Source: the human T2T-CHM13v2.0 reference genome, Homo sapiens
Strand: one strand, 5' to 3'
Assembly: GCF_009914755.1 (NCBI RefSeq)
Contig: NC_060926.1
DNA length: 64,000 bases
In this document: positions 41,024 to 56,495 of the stretch, piece by piece
Position numbering within the stretch: position 1 is the stretch's first letter
Layout: every line of letters starts with the position of its first letter
Made by a program: the position numbers and the translations under genes
The notes under the pieces: generated by a model
What the model saw: only the letters and a program-made list of their open reading frames with translations
Told to the model about the DNA's origin: nothing
Database searches by the model: none

Positions 41024-41989
41024 ACTCCGGATTCTTCACTGTGGTCACTTAGCGAGTATGTGGAGGTGCCCTGGGCTTCCAGTGCCTCTTCCATGGCCCC
41101 TCCACTGTGTGGTATTGTAGCCCTTTTTGATGCAGAACCCCCATTGCTGGTCTCTGCCATTCTTTTTGCTTCCCTTGGCCTAAAGTACTTGACACGGGCT
41201 TAAATCTTGGAGGCTTAACCCTTTCCAGAGCCAGGCCTTCCCAGAGTGCTGGCCAGAGACTACCCAAATGTCTGAGTGGGGAGGGACACTGTTGAGACAG
41301 ACAGTCCAAGGAGCCATGTAGTGGAGCATCCCTCAGGTTCCCAGGCAGCAGGTGGGAGCTCACCACATGGTTCTTATGTCCTAATCAATATAGTGCTTGA
41401 TTTATTTCTGGCTTTAGAATTCTGGGGGTCAGGTGTGGATTCCCTCAGAATCCCTGGTTTAGGTTGGATGTGTGACTCAACTCCTACTTACCTAACATAC
41501 ACTGGGTGGAGATACAGTTAAACAAGGCTGCACATATAAAATGTCCTAGTTCAGCATGGGGCACATGGAAGGCCATAGGTGAATGTCAGACTGAGTGCTT
41601 CGTCGGGGAAGATTTGCAGGTGACAGACTAAAAAACGGAAGGTAGGGATATCCAACTCTAGTTTAGAAGATGGTTTTGTCCTCATGTTTACTTCATTTGG
41701 CTGTCTCTAACATCTGGTTGGTTGGTTCAGAGACTCGCAGAAGGACTGAAGTTTGAAAGAGTTGGAGTTCTTAAGGGAATTCCACTTAAAGGGATTTGGG
41801 TAATAAATATACCAAGTAGACACTTGGTTTATCCAGCTTCTGTCTGTATGAGGAAAACTGATGTTCCAAAATGATGTAACGAAATCTAAGGAAAAGCATA
41901 AAGATGTTCAAATATGGAGCATCTCTAAGATAATTGGTTTTAACTCAAATTCAAATTAATCTGAATACAACTTTAAAAAAAATTGTTAA

Positions 41990-42135
41990 TTCACCATTTT
42001 ATTTCACCTTTACCACAGCCCTCTAATGTAGCATTATGATTGTTCCCACGTTGTGGATGCAAAAAACTGAGATTCAGAAGAATGAAGTGACTTCTCCAAG
42101 GCAGATTGCAATTGACACGTTGCAGCCCAGCTGTG
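41990..42135 (-). mobile_element. MIR SINE remnant
   Basis: cccacgttgtggatgcaaaaactgagattcagaagaatgaagtgacttctccaagg. Confidence 0.7.
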
Positions 42136-44954
42136 CAGGATATCCCCCTCCTCTTTCTTTCACTTAAGCACTCGCACCTGATAAAGATGTCAGAAAGATG
42201 AAGAGAACAGCATAAAGTCCCCATGAGTATTTGAAGAGATTGACATTAAGATTGCTTAATAATGAAGTTAATGAAACATCATCTTGGGACAAGTCTTTGG
42301 TCACACCCTTAATATGATACGGGGCATCTCGTTCATGTTATATGGGTCTTAGGATAAAGAAACTTCTAAACAAATTGTAGTGTATTAACTTTTAAAAGAA
42401 AGGAGAGCTTAATAAAGAAACCAGAAGTGTGGTTGGGAGCAGGGGAGCGGGCAATGAATATGAGAAACAAAACTAATAATGAAGAAAGAGTGCAAGTGGA
42501 ATGAATGTTCTCTTAACAATTTCCATGAAGGGTTTGGTGTTCTCCCTGGTAGCTCAGGATTGCAAAATCCAAAGCCAAGTGGGGTTGTCTTTTGCATTTA
42601 TGGACTATCCTCAATCCCACTCAATGTTTGCCTTCCAATAGCTTCTCAAAGCCTACTTTGCCTGTAGCACTGTTCTCCTTTAATTATAAAAACCCAGTGT
42701 ACTATTAAGAAAAAGGCAAGCCATATGTTTCTGATTCATTTAGAATTAAACCCACAGCCTGCTGTTAGCTAAGAGAAAGGCAATATTCAAGAACTCATTG
42801 TAATAAGCAATGTTAGCAAGAACCTTCTTAAGAAACAAGTTTAGGTTTTGCTGGGAATAGTGAAAGTATGACTCCTGAGCAGTTTGGGTAGGATTTGGAA
42901 TTCAGCCACTGTGAACTGCAAAGTGAAGAGTGCATTGTGAGAGGCATAACTTCTTCAGTCTCGACTGAGGATCAATCTTTGTCAAACTGGAGTTAGTTAG
43001 GTCTCAGGGGAGCAAGGGGAAGTTGTAATTTAGGAGAAAAAGAGCTGTTACCTAGGGCTGCTATTTACCTTACAGTAAATATGGGGGAACAGTGGTTAAT
43101 AAAATAGTTTTATATTTTTCCTTTAAGAAAATAGCCATAATGTATGAAATACATCAGTATTCAGGCTTTAAGAAAAAACAATAGACCTTGTGATTTAATT
43201 TTAAAAAAATAGAAAAAGAGAAACCTTGTTTCCCTTTCCTTGTTTGCAAACTTTTTACCATCTAGTTATTAATTGGGTCAATCTTTTAAAGAGGAGTATT
43301 TATCTTTACTGTGAACCATTTTCCCCTTTGGGCTCATTATGTTAAACATTGCATTTAACCCACACTTTAGGAGAACAAAGCAATATTTCTGTTGGTTTAA
43401 ACTGTCACATTGACTCACATAATGGAAAACTGGCTAACTGGAAGTGGGGGAAGATATTTCAGTAAAAACAAATATCGCCAGGAAGAGATTAACTTCAGCC
43501 TATTCCCAGCAGCGAACTTCAGTTGCCTTGGTGCCTCCTTGCCTATCCCAGGTGTATGGAAGAGAAGAGGTTGGCCTGCTGGAGGCTACTGCCATGAAGT
43601 TGGCTCTTCTGTCTTCTAACCTCACACCTCCTCTTATTGAAGAGACCCTGAGCAAAATGGCAAAGACCTAAGCAGTTGGTTTCTTGCTCCCCAGCTTTTC
43701 TTTTGTTTCTTTGTGCTAATCTAAATCTACTTTTTGCTGTATTGTGTGTGTGTTCATGTGCTGTGTTATTGTGTATTTTTTTTCTCCTGAATGACAACAT
43801 GAATCTAAGTTTCCATGTGGAATGAGACCTCATTACATCTTATGGAAATGTTAGACCTTGGACTTTACCAGTATGTGGTATTATGATCAGAGCCCAATAA
43901 TAATTGCTGAATATTATTGAAAGAATCTTCTGTGTGTTTAAAAAGGGTGAGACACAGGGTAGTATACTGGGTATACTTAAGTATATTTAAGACTTACATA
44001 TTTGGCTTCAAATCCTGGGTTTGCCACTGTACTAGTTATTGGTTAGCTCTCAGGCCGTTTGTGAAGTAGCCATAAGAATGGTTACTTTGAATTGTTGTGT
44101 AAGAATTAATGAATATATGTAAATGTAAATCCAGACACATAGCAGGCATTCAATAAACAATTGCCTGTTTGGTTAAAAAATTGTTTGGAGTACAGTGTAG
44201 CATTGTGCATAAAGTTGAGACCACTTGGGTTTAAATTCTCACCGTTTACTGATTTAGTTAAGTCACTTAACATTTCTAATTCTTAATTTCTTCATGGTAA
44301 AATAGAAATAATGACTCACTCAAAGGATTGTTTCAAGGATTAAATATGCATATGATGTTGAGTAAGGTCAAGAGCCTCAGGCCTGCTTCTCAAAATATTC
44401 AGGAAGCATCGTCTTCAAAGAAGTGCAGAGCTTTTGGCTCATGAGGTGGCTTCAGTGACTATGTCTTTAGGAAAGATGAAGAGGAGATCAATGTTCACTT
44501 CAGTCAGTTATAACCTGATAAGAAGGAAAGCTTAATAACTTGCTAGCAAGTCTAACTTCAACAGTGCCTTATACTGGCAGAGCAGACCAAAACTATCTCA
44601 CTCTATTCACCTTGGTTGAAAATGAGCATCTGCTTATTGTTGCAAATGTGCAGTATACTGAATGCCAGAGAAATCCAGCAACTGATAGTGTTAAATAATT
44701 TTTCCTACACTATATCAATCTTTTAAAATTTGAGTATAAAATGTTGAAGATAACATTGCAATGATATTTTCTTTTTGATAAAACTTCGGATTTATTCTTG
44801 TATTTCAAAAGTTCACTCTATGAATATTGTTACTTGGTTTCCGCCTTGGCTTCCAGTCAAATTTTGCTGTTAATAATCAGCCATTCAACACTAGGCCAAA
44901 ATGGTGCTTTTTAATGAATGTGTTGCAATTAGTCAATTGCCTAAAAATAAGTAC

Positions 44955-45320
44955 TGATAATAATGGTGGCTCTGTGTCCCCACTCGAATCTCATGTGGAA
45001 CTAAAATCCCCACGTGTCAGGGGAGGGACCTGGTGTGAAGTGATTGAATCATGGGGGCAGATTTCTCCATGCTATTCTCATGATAGTGAGTGAGTTCTCA
45101 TGAGATCTGATGGCTTAAAAGTGTGGCACTTCCCCGCTCTCTGTCTCTCTCCTGCTGCTATGTAAGACGTGCCTTGCTTCCCCTTCTCCTTCCACAATGA
45201 TTTCAAGTTTCCTCAGGCCTTCCCAGCTATGTGGAATTGTGAGTGAATTAAACCTCTTTTCTTTATGAATTATGCGGTCTCAGATGGTTCTTTATAGCAG
45301 TGTGAAAATGGACTAATGCA
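44955..45320 (+). mobile_element. THE1 (THE1D-like) MaLR solo LTR
   Basis: ggctctgtgtcccca...gagttctcatgagatctgatgg...ctttatagcagtgtgaaaatggactaatgca; perfect 5-bp TSD agtac at 44950-44954 and 45321-45325. Confidence 0.93.
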
Positions 45321-45662
45321 AGTACTCTATGTGTGAATATTTTATTATTATTGGTGTGAAGGTGATGGGAAGTTTCCCTAGTGCCTCTGACATCAGAGCA
45401 TACAGGAAGCTGTTCACTGGATTGTCCTGAATTCCCAGAAAGTTTATTTTCATCTCTGCTATGATTTGCCCATTCATGAAATGAGAGGAGGGTTAGACTC
45501 CACTCTTCTAACTTAATTCTCCCAATCTCCCTGAACACTCCCAGTGGGTCATCCCTCAGCAACTGTGGATGCAGTACAGACCCAGGGAGCAGCATCCCGT
45601 GTTTCTTCTGGATCAGCTCCTTATTCTTCATCAAAACTCTAAGACCCAAACTCTCAGGTAAG

Positions 45663-45717
45663 TAAAAAAGACCAAGAGAGGAAAGATGAGCCCCATCCTG
45701 GTGAAATAGTGACATGA

Positions 45718-45748
<31 letters not shown>

Positions 45749-45884
45749 TATATGCTCATAAGTATATATATGTATGCTCATAAGTATATATATATGCTCA
45801 TAAGTATATATATATGTTCATATATATATTCATGTCACTATTTCATCAGGAAGGGGCTCATCTTTCCTCTCTTGGTCTTTTTTA
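45663..45884. repeat. Fold-back inverted repeat, 65-bp arms, 92-bp spacer
   Basis: 45663-45727 vs 45820-45884, 63/65 complementary. Confidence 0.95.
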
Positions 45885-46072
45885 TATATATGTTCATATA
45901 TACACGTTCATATATATTACGTTCATATATACACGTTCATATATATACGTTCATATATATATGTTCATATATATACGTTCATATATTTATACGTTCATAT
46001 ATGTGTTCATATATATGTTCATATATATGTGTTCATATATATATATTCTTTGGGACATGAATGTATATATAT
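45718..46072. repeat. AT-rich microsatellite/minisatellite (gctcataagtatatatatat and gttcatatatac units)
   Basis: Direct reading. Confidence 0.9.
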
Positions 46073-48224
46073 TCCCAAAGAACAGCATAATCTCTCTAAA
46101 ATGATTTAGCATGTCAGCTACAATGTGAAATAAAATCTCAGAAGGACATAGTTGGAAAACTATAGGAGGCAAAGGTACAGTGACAAGAGGTGACACAGAA
46201 AATAGTGCTGGATATAGCTCCTTTTTTCTTATGAAAGAAAACAATAGAGAAGAACTTGATACTTACTCATCTCTATGTTACGAGCTGTTTCCAAGTATCC
46301 AACACACATTTTCTGTTGACTACTCATTACAGAACTGCCGGATGTATATTAAGCATAGCTTTTATTGCTGCAAGAGCTAAAGTTCAGAGAAATGAAAACT
46401 TGTGCTGAGATCTCACAGCAGACCCTGAGCATGCTGCTGGAGCTGGAGCCAGAGTCAATGGACATGTGGGTTGGAGTCATCCTTTATGTATTTTCTGGTC
46501 TCCAGCATGTTTCTCATTTGTAAAATGTAGATGATAATAGTGCACATGCCTGAATCTTTAATTCTTTTTTTCCTTTTGGCAGTTTTTGGAAAAACTCTAT
46601 GCAGAAAAGTTGGTCCAATAAACCAAAATATGTTGAATAGATGTGTATTGGAGAGGCTGGTCTAGGACTCTTACATCTTATGAACTCTGTCTCAGGAGCA
46701 GAGACTATGGGCCTTGGGATTTAGTCACTTATCACCACCAACTCATAAGAGACTTTGATGTGGAGGTCTTGAATCTGTAGTACAATTTAAAGTCTTTAAG
46801 ACATTTTGTGACAGAGTTAGCCCTAATACTCATAAACTTTGAGGTCATGTGTCTCATGGAGTTGCGAGCTTCCATCAGTTAGCTGAAGGGAAATTTTCAT
46901 GTTGCAATTTCAGCATCAGCAATCTTTTCCCTTGCAGAGGACCCTGCTCTTGATGCTTCTTTGCTTGTGTTGGGAATGTAGGACATGGGTGGAACAGTGA
47001 GCAGCTCACTGCCTGCGTCCATTTCTCCATGCAGAGCTCTTGCTGGGTGAACTAGAATTAGGACAAAAGGGTCTGCAAACAGCAATCTGTCATGAGTCTG
47101 AGTGAAAAGGAGAAAAAAGGGATCTGATTAGAAGAAACAAGTGGTGAGTTTTGTGTGTATCTTCTACATCAGTAGTTCTTCCGAGTCAGGCAGAGTTGTA
47201 GCCAGGGGAATGAATACTTGTTTAACTTAGTACAAGTTTACCTGAGATTAAGGGCAAGTTGAATACAGCCAGTATCTTTTGTTCCAATATTGACTTAGTC
47301 TTGTTGTCACAAATCAGCTATTGATATTTGGTGTCCCCATTAGTCTCAGGCAAGAGAGCTAATCCTTCTTTCATGTTTGTTTATATACCATATTTGGCCG
47401 GAGCTTGGGATGCACTTTTCACCTTGGTCTGCAAGTAGAGAGGCAAACACATGACCTCAGCACTTGAAGCCATCCTGGCTGGTCACTCTCTACTGTTTGT
47501 TTAATTTTGCTCCGACTCCAGCCTGCCTCCTAATCCCAGGTATTCGGACATGTTACAAAAAGAAAGAGACCCTGAGATCAAAGCACTGGTCACGATTTTA
47601 CTAGGGGGCACCTCTGAAAGCACTTGTAGGCCTGTGTGCATGGAGTGCACTGTGATCTTTAGAAAATACTTTGCTCTCCAAATTGGGGCCAACAGATTTA
47701 TCACCCTCTGGGCCCCAAAGCTCCAGGTCAGGCTAGGGTTATTTTTGTGTATTGTGTGCAAAGACATGGTAGTTCTTACAGAAACCTGAAGAGCAAATAT
47801 TTAGAACATGCTTGAGGTATAAAAGAGACTTCTGAAAAGAAATTTTTATTTTAGCATTTCCTATAAAAAATAAGTTAACTTTATTGTCATCTGCTTGGGA
47901 TCCTTGTCCTCTACAGATTTCTCTCTCAGCCACCAGTGTTGTAACGGTTCAAGATGATGGATGTTTTCGTCTTCTCTGTGGAATTTGAGTTTCTGCTCTG
48001 TGGCAGACTAAATCTGTTACAAAGGAACTCTGAGGGACACTCTGATTGCTTTTATTAGTTGTATAAAGTACGTTTCAATAAAGGAGGGGTATCAACAAAT
48101 GCAATATAAAAATATCTTTGTCTTATTCTGATTTTGTTGAAAAGGTGGTGATGATAATATGGTTTGAGACATGTCCGTTCATATCTGCAGCCTAGGGAAT
48201 TGCTAGGTATACAGTACATCAATT

Positions 48225-48450
48225 TAGAGAACAGAATTTTGTAGACTTAAGTTCAAATCCTGACTTATTATCTATGTGACTTTGGGGAAGTTATTGTACC
48301 TTTTTTGGCTTCAATTTCAAAATCTATAAAGGGGAATAATATTGGTATTGACCTCATGGAGTTATTGGAAGCATAACAAATGTATATGAGATATTTCACA
48401 TTGTATTATATTTTACATAGCATAGTCAATTAAGAGTTGCTTATTATTAT
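48225..48450 (+). mobile_element. MIR SINE
   Basis: agacttaagttcaaatcctgact...tgtgactttggggaagtta...atctataaaggggaataat. Confidence 0.75.
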
Positions 48451-48589
48451 TCACTCTTCGAGACCTGCATTTGCTCCTCACAGATGATCTTGACTTTTAC
48501 TTTACAAAGGAGATTGAAGATCTACAGTATTTTTACCTCAAAACATCTCTGTATATCTATACATTAATTTTTAAAAAGTGTTAAAATCT

Positions 48590-48800
48590 TATATTTACTT
48601 TGTGCCAGGCTCTGTGTGAAGCCCTTTTCGCATATAGATCATTTACACTTATAGATATAGCCCTTTACGCATTTACAACCATGAGTCAATTCCATTTACC
48701 TTAAGAGAAAATTGAGGCTTAGCAAGGTTTATAATTTGCTAGTGTCATATTGTTCATATATGAACAAAAATCACCTAGTTCCAGAGCCTACCTTCCTATC
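48590..48800 (-). mobile_element. MIR SINE
   Basis: tactttgtgccaggctctgtg...gagaaaattgaggcttagcaaggttt. Confidence 0.65.
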
Positions 48801-48958
48801 CCTGGTGCCGTCGCACCTCCCTTCAGTGCATTAGAATTTGAGTTTTATCGACGATCATTTTGCGTATTCATTTTTTCCCTTTCTACTCATACTTTGACAT
48901 CTTCCTAAATGAATGTTCAAATTTTCCTCAAATTCAATTAATCAATAAATTAACTAAT

Positions 48959-49069
48959 TCTTCATTAAGCACTTATTTCTGAACTCTTCATTAAACATGT
49001 ATTTAATAAAAGTCTTCATTAAACACTTATTTAATAAAAATCTTCATTAAACACTTATTTCTGAACTCT
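48959..49069. repeat. Four-unit 26/28-bp tandem repeat
   Basis: Core tcttcattaaacacttattt with tails ctgaac, aataaaag, aataaaaa, ctgaac. Confidence 0.92.
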
Positions 49070-49139
49070 CTGTGGTGTGGTTTTTGTCCCACTGGCTGAG
49101 AAAGCAATCTCTCAATGGTCACAATTGAGTAAAAAAATC

Positions 49140-49720
49140 ACTGTATATGAGCAAGAGAGTCTGTCAGGAGTCAGCTTGGAAGCTGTTACTATAGTCCAAG
49201 TGGGAGATGTTGGTAGCTAGGACTAAAGTATTCGTAGTAAAGATGGAGATGAATAGATGTATTTTATGATATTTTGGAAATATGAAAAAGTCATAAGGAT
49301 GCACTAATTGATTTGATGCAGGAGGCAGGGGAAAGAAAAGGATAATGGTTGGCTCCTAATTTTTTGTTTTGAATAATTGGCGGATTATTTTGCTGTTTAT
49401 GGGGAAGAGTAGGCTTTGAGTAGGTTTGGAAAACGTAGGAAAATTAGGTGTTTTGTTGTTTTGCTTTCTTCTATGAGGGGGTTGTTGTGTGGATATATCA
49501 ATGGATTGTAAAGGTCTAGAGCTCAGTGAAAAGTTGTCAACATGAAAATATGTGAAGCCATAGATGTGATCCCTTAGGACGAGGATGAGGACAGAGGAGA
49601 GAAGCCCCCCAGGAAAGAGTACCATCAGTTAGGAGCAAAGCAGAGAGGAAGGTAGCAATATGTAACAAATGTAATGGTCAGTGAGGCAAGAGGAAAATGA
49701 TGAATGTTGTGCTGTCAGAA
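49140..49720 (-). mobile_element. L2 LINE remnant
   Basis: ggaagctgttactatagtccaagtgggagatgttggtagctaggactaaag. Confidence 0.65.
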
Positions 49721-49779
49721 ATTATATACACGTCCTTAAGATTTTTCTGAGCCTGTAATACTGGCAGAAGCTGCTATAC

Positions 49780-50115
49780 TTTTATATACCCTGCCTCTAC
49801 TGACTACAAGGCTTTCCTCCACTTCTCTGCTTGGCAAACTCTGATTTCTTCAAGACTTAGTTCAATTCCTCTGGAAGCCTACTTTGATTCCTTACCTCTC
49901 ATTTCTTAGGCATTTCCACAGCACTGTGTCCCTACCTCTATCTTAGCCCCAATCATGGGGTACTTGGGATAGCATAATCAGTCTTAACTAAATCCCTGGT
50001 TCCATTAAGGTGAGCTCCTTGAAGGTAGTGACTGAGAGTTTTACTCTGAATCTCTAGCATTTGGCACAGTGTCTGTGGGAAAAGTATTTGACTATTGTTG
50101 GTTAAATAAATGTTT
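49780..50115 (+). mobile_element. L2 LINE 3' remnant
   Basis: gtgagctccttgaaggtag...ctgaatctctagcatttggcacagtgtctg. Confidence 0.65.
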
Positions 50116-51664
50116 GTATAATAACTAGTTTCCCTTGTGAGCTTCGGTATTTAATTTCAAATATATAATGTCTACCTGAGAACTCCACCTGGCACTGGCA
50201 GCCCAACATTGAGATTTACCTATATCTCAAATTCTGCATGACTCCAATTGAATTTTTTCTTAAGAATTTTTTCTGACTTTTCTTAAGACCTCCTTCTTCT
50301 ATCTTATTTTACAGTGCCAATATTCTCAAATGCTTCCAGCTTGGAAACAAGAAACAACTTGTGACTCTTTTTCTCTATTTAGCCATTCAGCCACTATTCG
50401 TGTACATTTTTGCTCCATATTTCTTACATCTGTATGCTGTTTCTTTTTCCTCATTAGCAACTTTCCCAGAGTTGCAGAACTACTCAGATACAGAGCCAGG
50501 ATTGTAGTCCATTCTGCCTGACTCACTAAGTTGTATCACCTTTCTGGCTTATGCTTGGGTAACAGGGAACCTTTGATAATATGGAAATCAATTCCAAATA
50601 ATATAACTTGTAATTTTCTGGAACACTTTGGAAAGGAAAATACTCCATGGACTCTTGTTTTGCCTTGTGTCTGAAACATAAACCAGCTATTTTTTATGAG
50701 GCATTGACAGAGAAATAGATGGATGGACTGGTTTATTTCCCTCAATAGTATGCAATCTCACAACTGTCTAAAGATATAAAGGTTTATACATGTAGTAAAG
50801 TATTTTTATCTAAAATATTTCTATTAAAAATCATCAAATGCATTAAGTAGGATAACTTCTAACTTCTACTCCCAAAGTTCTATTCTACTCAGTTTTGATG
50901 TCTTCTCCTAAGATTAATTTGCTTCCCAGAGCCTCATCCTACCTATAAGGTAAAGTTTATAATTTTGAGTTTTAATATCCTTTTGTCTTAACCATAGGTG
51001 ATATCCAGTGAATGCTTCGTAACAGAATTAATAAATAATTGGATGTACATGTATCTTAGGAAGTAATATGTAAATATATATTCACAGTAGTACCAATTAA
51101 CTGATTAGTATTTTTCCACTTTCTTGCCATTTGTCTGTCAAGTAGAGAGGGAGTAACCTTACCAAATTGTGACACTGAGCCACTACTAATAAATACTCAA
51201 TTTCCAAAATAATGAATTCTTACACCCATCTTTCTTCCACTCTACCCAAATAAGTTACTTTGATTATAAATTTTCCTCAAAATCATTGGTTCTACCAGTT
51301 TATTTTATATTTTCCTTTCAAAAGTACATAGTTCAGGCTTCTGTTTCTTGCTAATTCAAACAATTGCCACCGGATGTGCACTCCTACTGTAAATACCATA
51401 ACAACTAAAGTATATATATATACACTACTTTGAGACAATGCATAACAGGAAATGCAGTATTGTGATGCATGACAGAAGGGAAAGAGGAGGTGATACATTA
51501 TGATCATTCCCAGCTTGATGCCAGGAGGCATTTACTGGAACATGATGCAGGAAGGGGAAAGCCAAGCAGAGCATGATGGTTGTAATGAAATAAAGAGGAA
51601 AATAGAAGAGCTTGAGGAGACTGGGACAATTGGATTTTGTGAAACAGAGTACCAAAAATGAAGG

Positions 51665-52031
51665 AACTTCCCTCCAAATTTATATGTCAAAGCTCTAATC
51701 CCCAATATAATGGAATATGGAGATGGGGCCTTTGGGAAGTAATTAGGTTTAGATGAAGTCATGAGGATGGGATCCTCATAATGGCATTAGTGCCCTTATA
51801 CACAGAGAAGTTGCTGGCTTTCCTTCACCATTTATGCACAAACAAGAGGTCATGTGAGTGCACAGAAAGAAGTTATCCATCTGCAAGCCAAAAAGAAAGC
51901 CCTCGGCAGAACCTGATTATGTTGGCACCCTGATCATGAACTTCTAGCCTACAAAACTGAGAAAATAAGTCTGTTAATTAAGCCATCCAGTTTGTAATAT
52001 TTTTGGTATGGCAGCCCGAGCTGACTAATAC
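51665..52031 (+). mobile_element. MaLR LTR (MLT1A-like)
   Basis: ggagatggggcctttgggaagtaattaggtttagatga...tggcagcccgagctgactaataca. Confidence 0.85.
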
Positions 52032-52039
52032 ACAGATGA

Positions 52040-55925
<3,886 letters not shown>

Positions 55926-55929
55926 GACT

Positions 55930-56495
55930 TGATACTCATCTCTACTGAGACCTCTCTCTTAAGCTCATGATTTTAGAAATAACTATTCATTTTACATCTT
56001 GGATGTCTTTAAGACATCCTAAGCTCTATATATCTGAAACCCAACCCATTTTTCCCCTAAATCTGAAATTGTTCCTTACCCCTTTCATCATTTCCTAGAG
56101 TTGTGCCAGCCAAAAACTTAAGAGTAATTCTCCACCCCTCCCTGTCTTTGATACTCCACATTACTGATTCTTTACTGGGAACTTCCAGTTTTACCTCCTA
56201 ATATACTTCGGCTTCATCCACATTTTACTATTTCTACCACCCAATTATAACATGTACTGCCTAGACTTTTATAAATGCTTCCTTAACTACAAACTACATC
56301 TACTTTTAATTAGCTCCAGAGTATATATTTGAAATAAAAATTGTAGCATGTTAAACCTTGCTTAAAATACTCCAATGTCTTCACATTGGATTTAGGAAAA
56401 AGACAAATCTTAATAACGCTTTCAAGACTCTTCCACATCAGCCCTTACTTGACTCCCTAGCATCACCTTGCACCACTCTATTCCTTGCTCTCTCA
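55930..56495 (+). mobile_element. L2 LINE remnant
   Basis: catcttggatgtct...ccagccaaaaacttaagagtaattct...cttgcttaaaatactccaatg. Confidence 0.65.

Noticed and set aside
45263-46244. ORFs on both strands sharing MSLFHQ.GAHLSSLGLFY
   Set aside because: By-product of the 65-bp inverted repeat and TA microsatellite.
48959-49069. CRISPR-like repeat/spacer appearance (also the 32-bp block at 2634-2985)
   Set aside because: Eukaryotic context, no unique spacers, no cas genes; ordinary tandem repeats.
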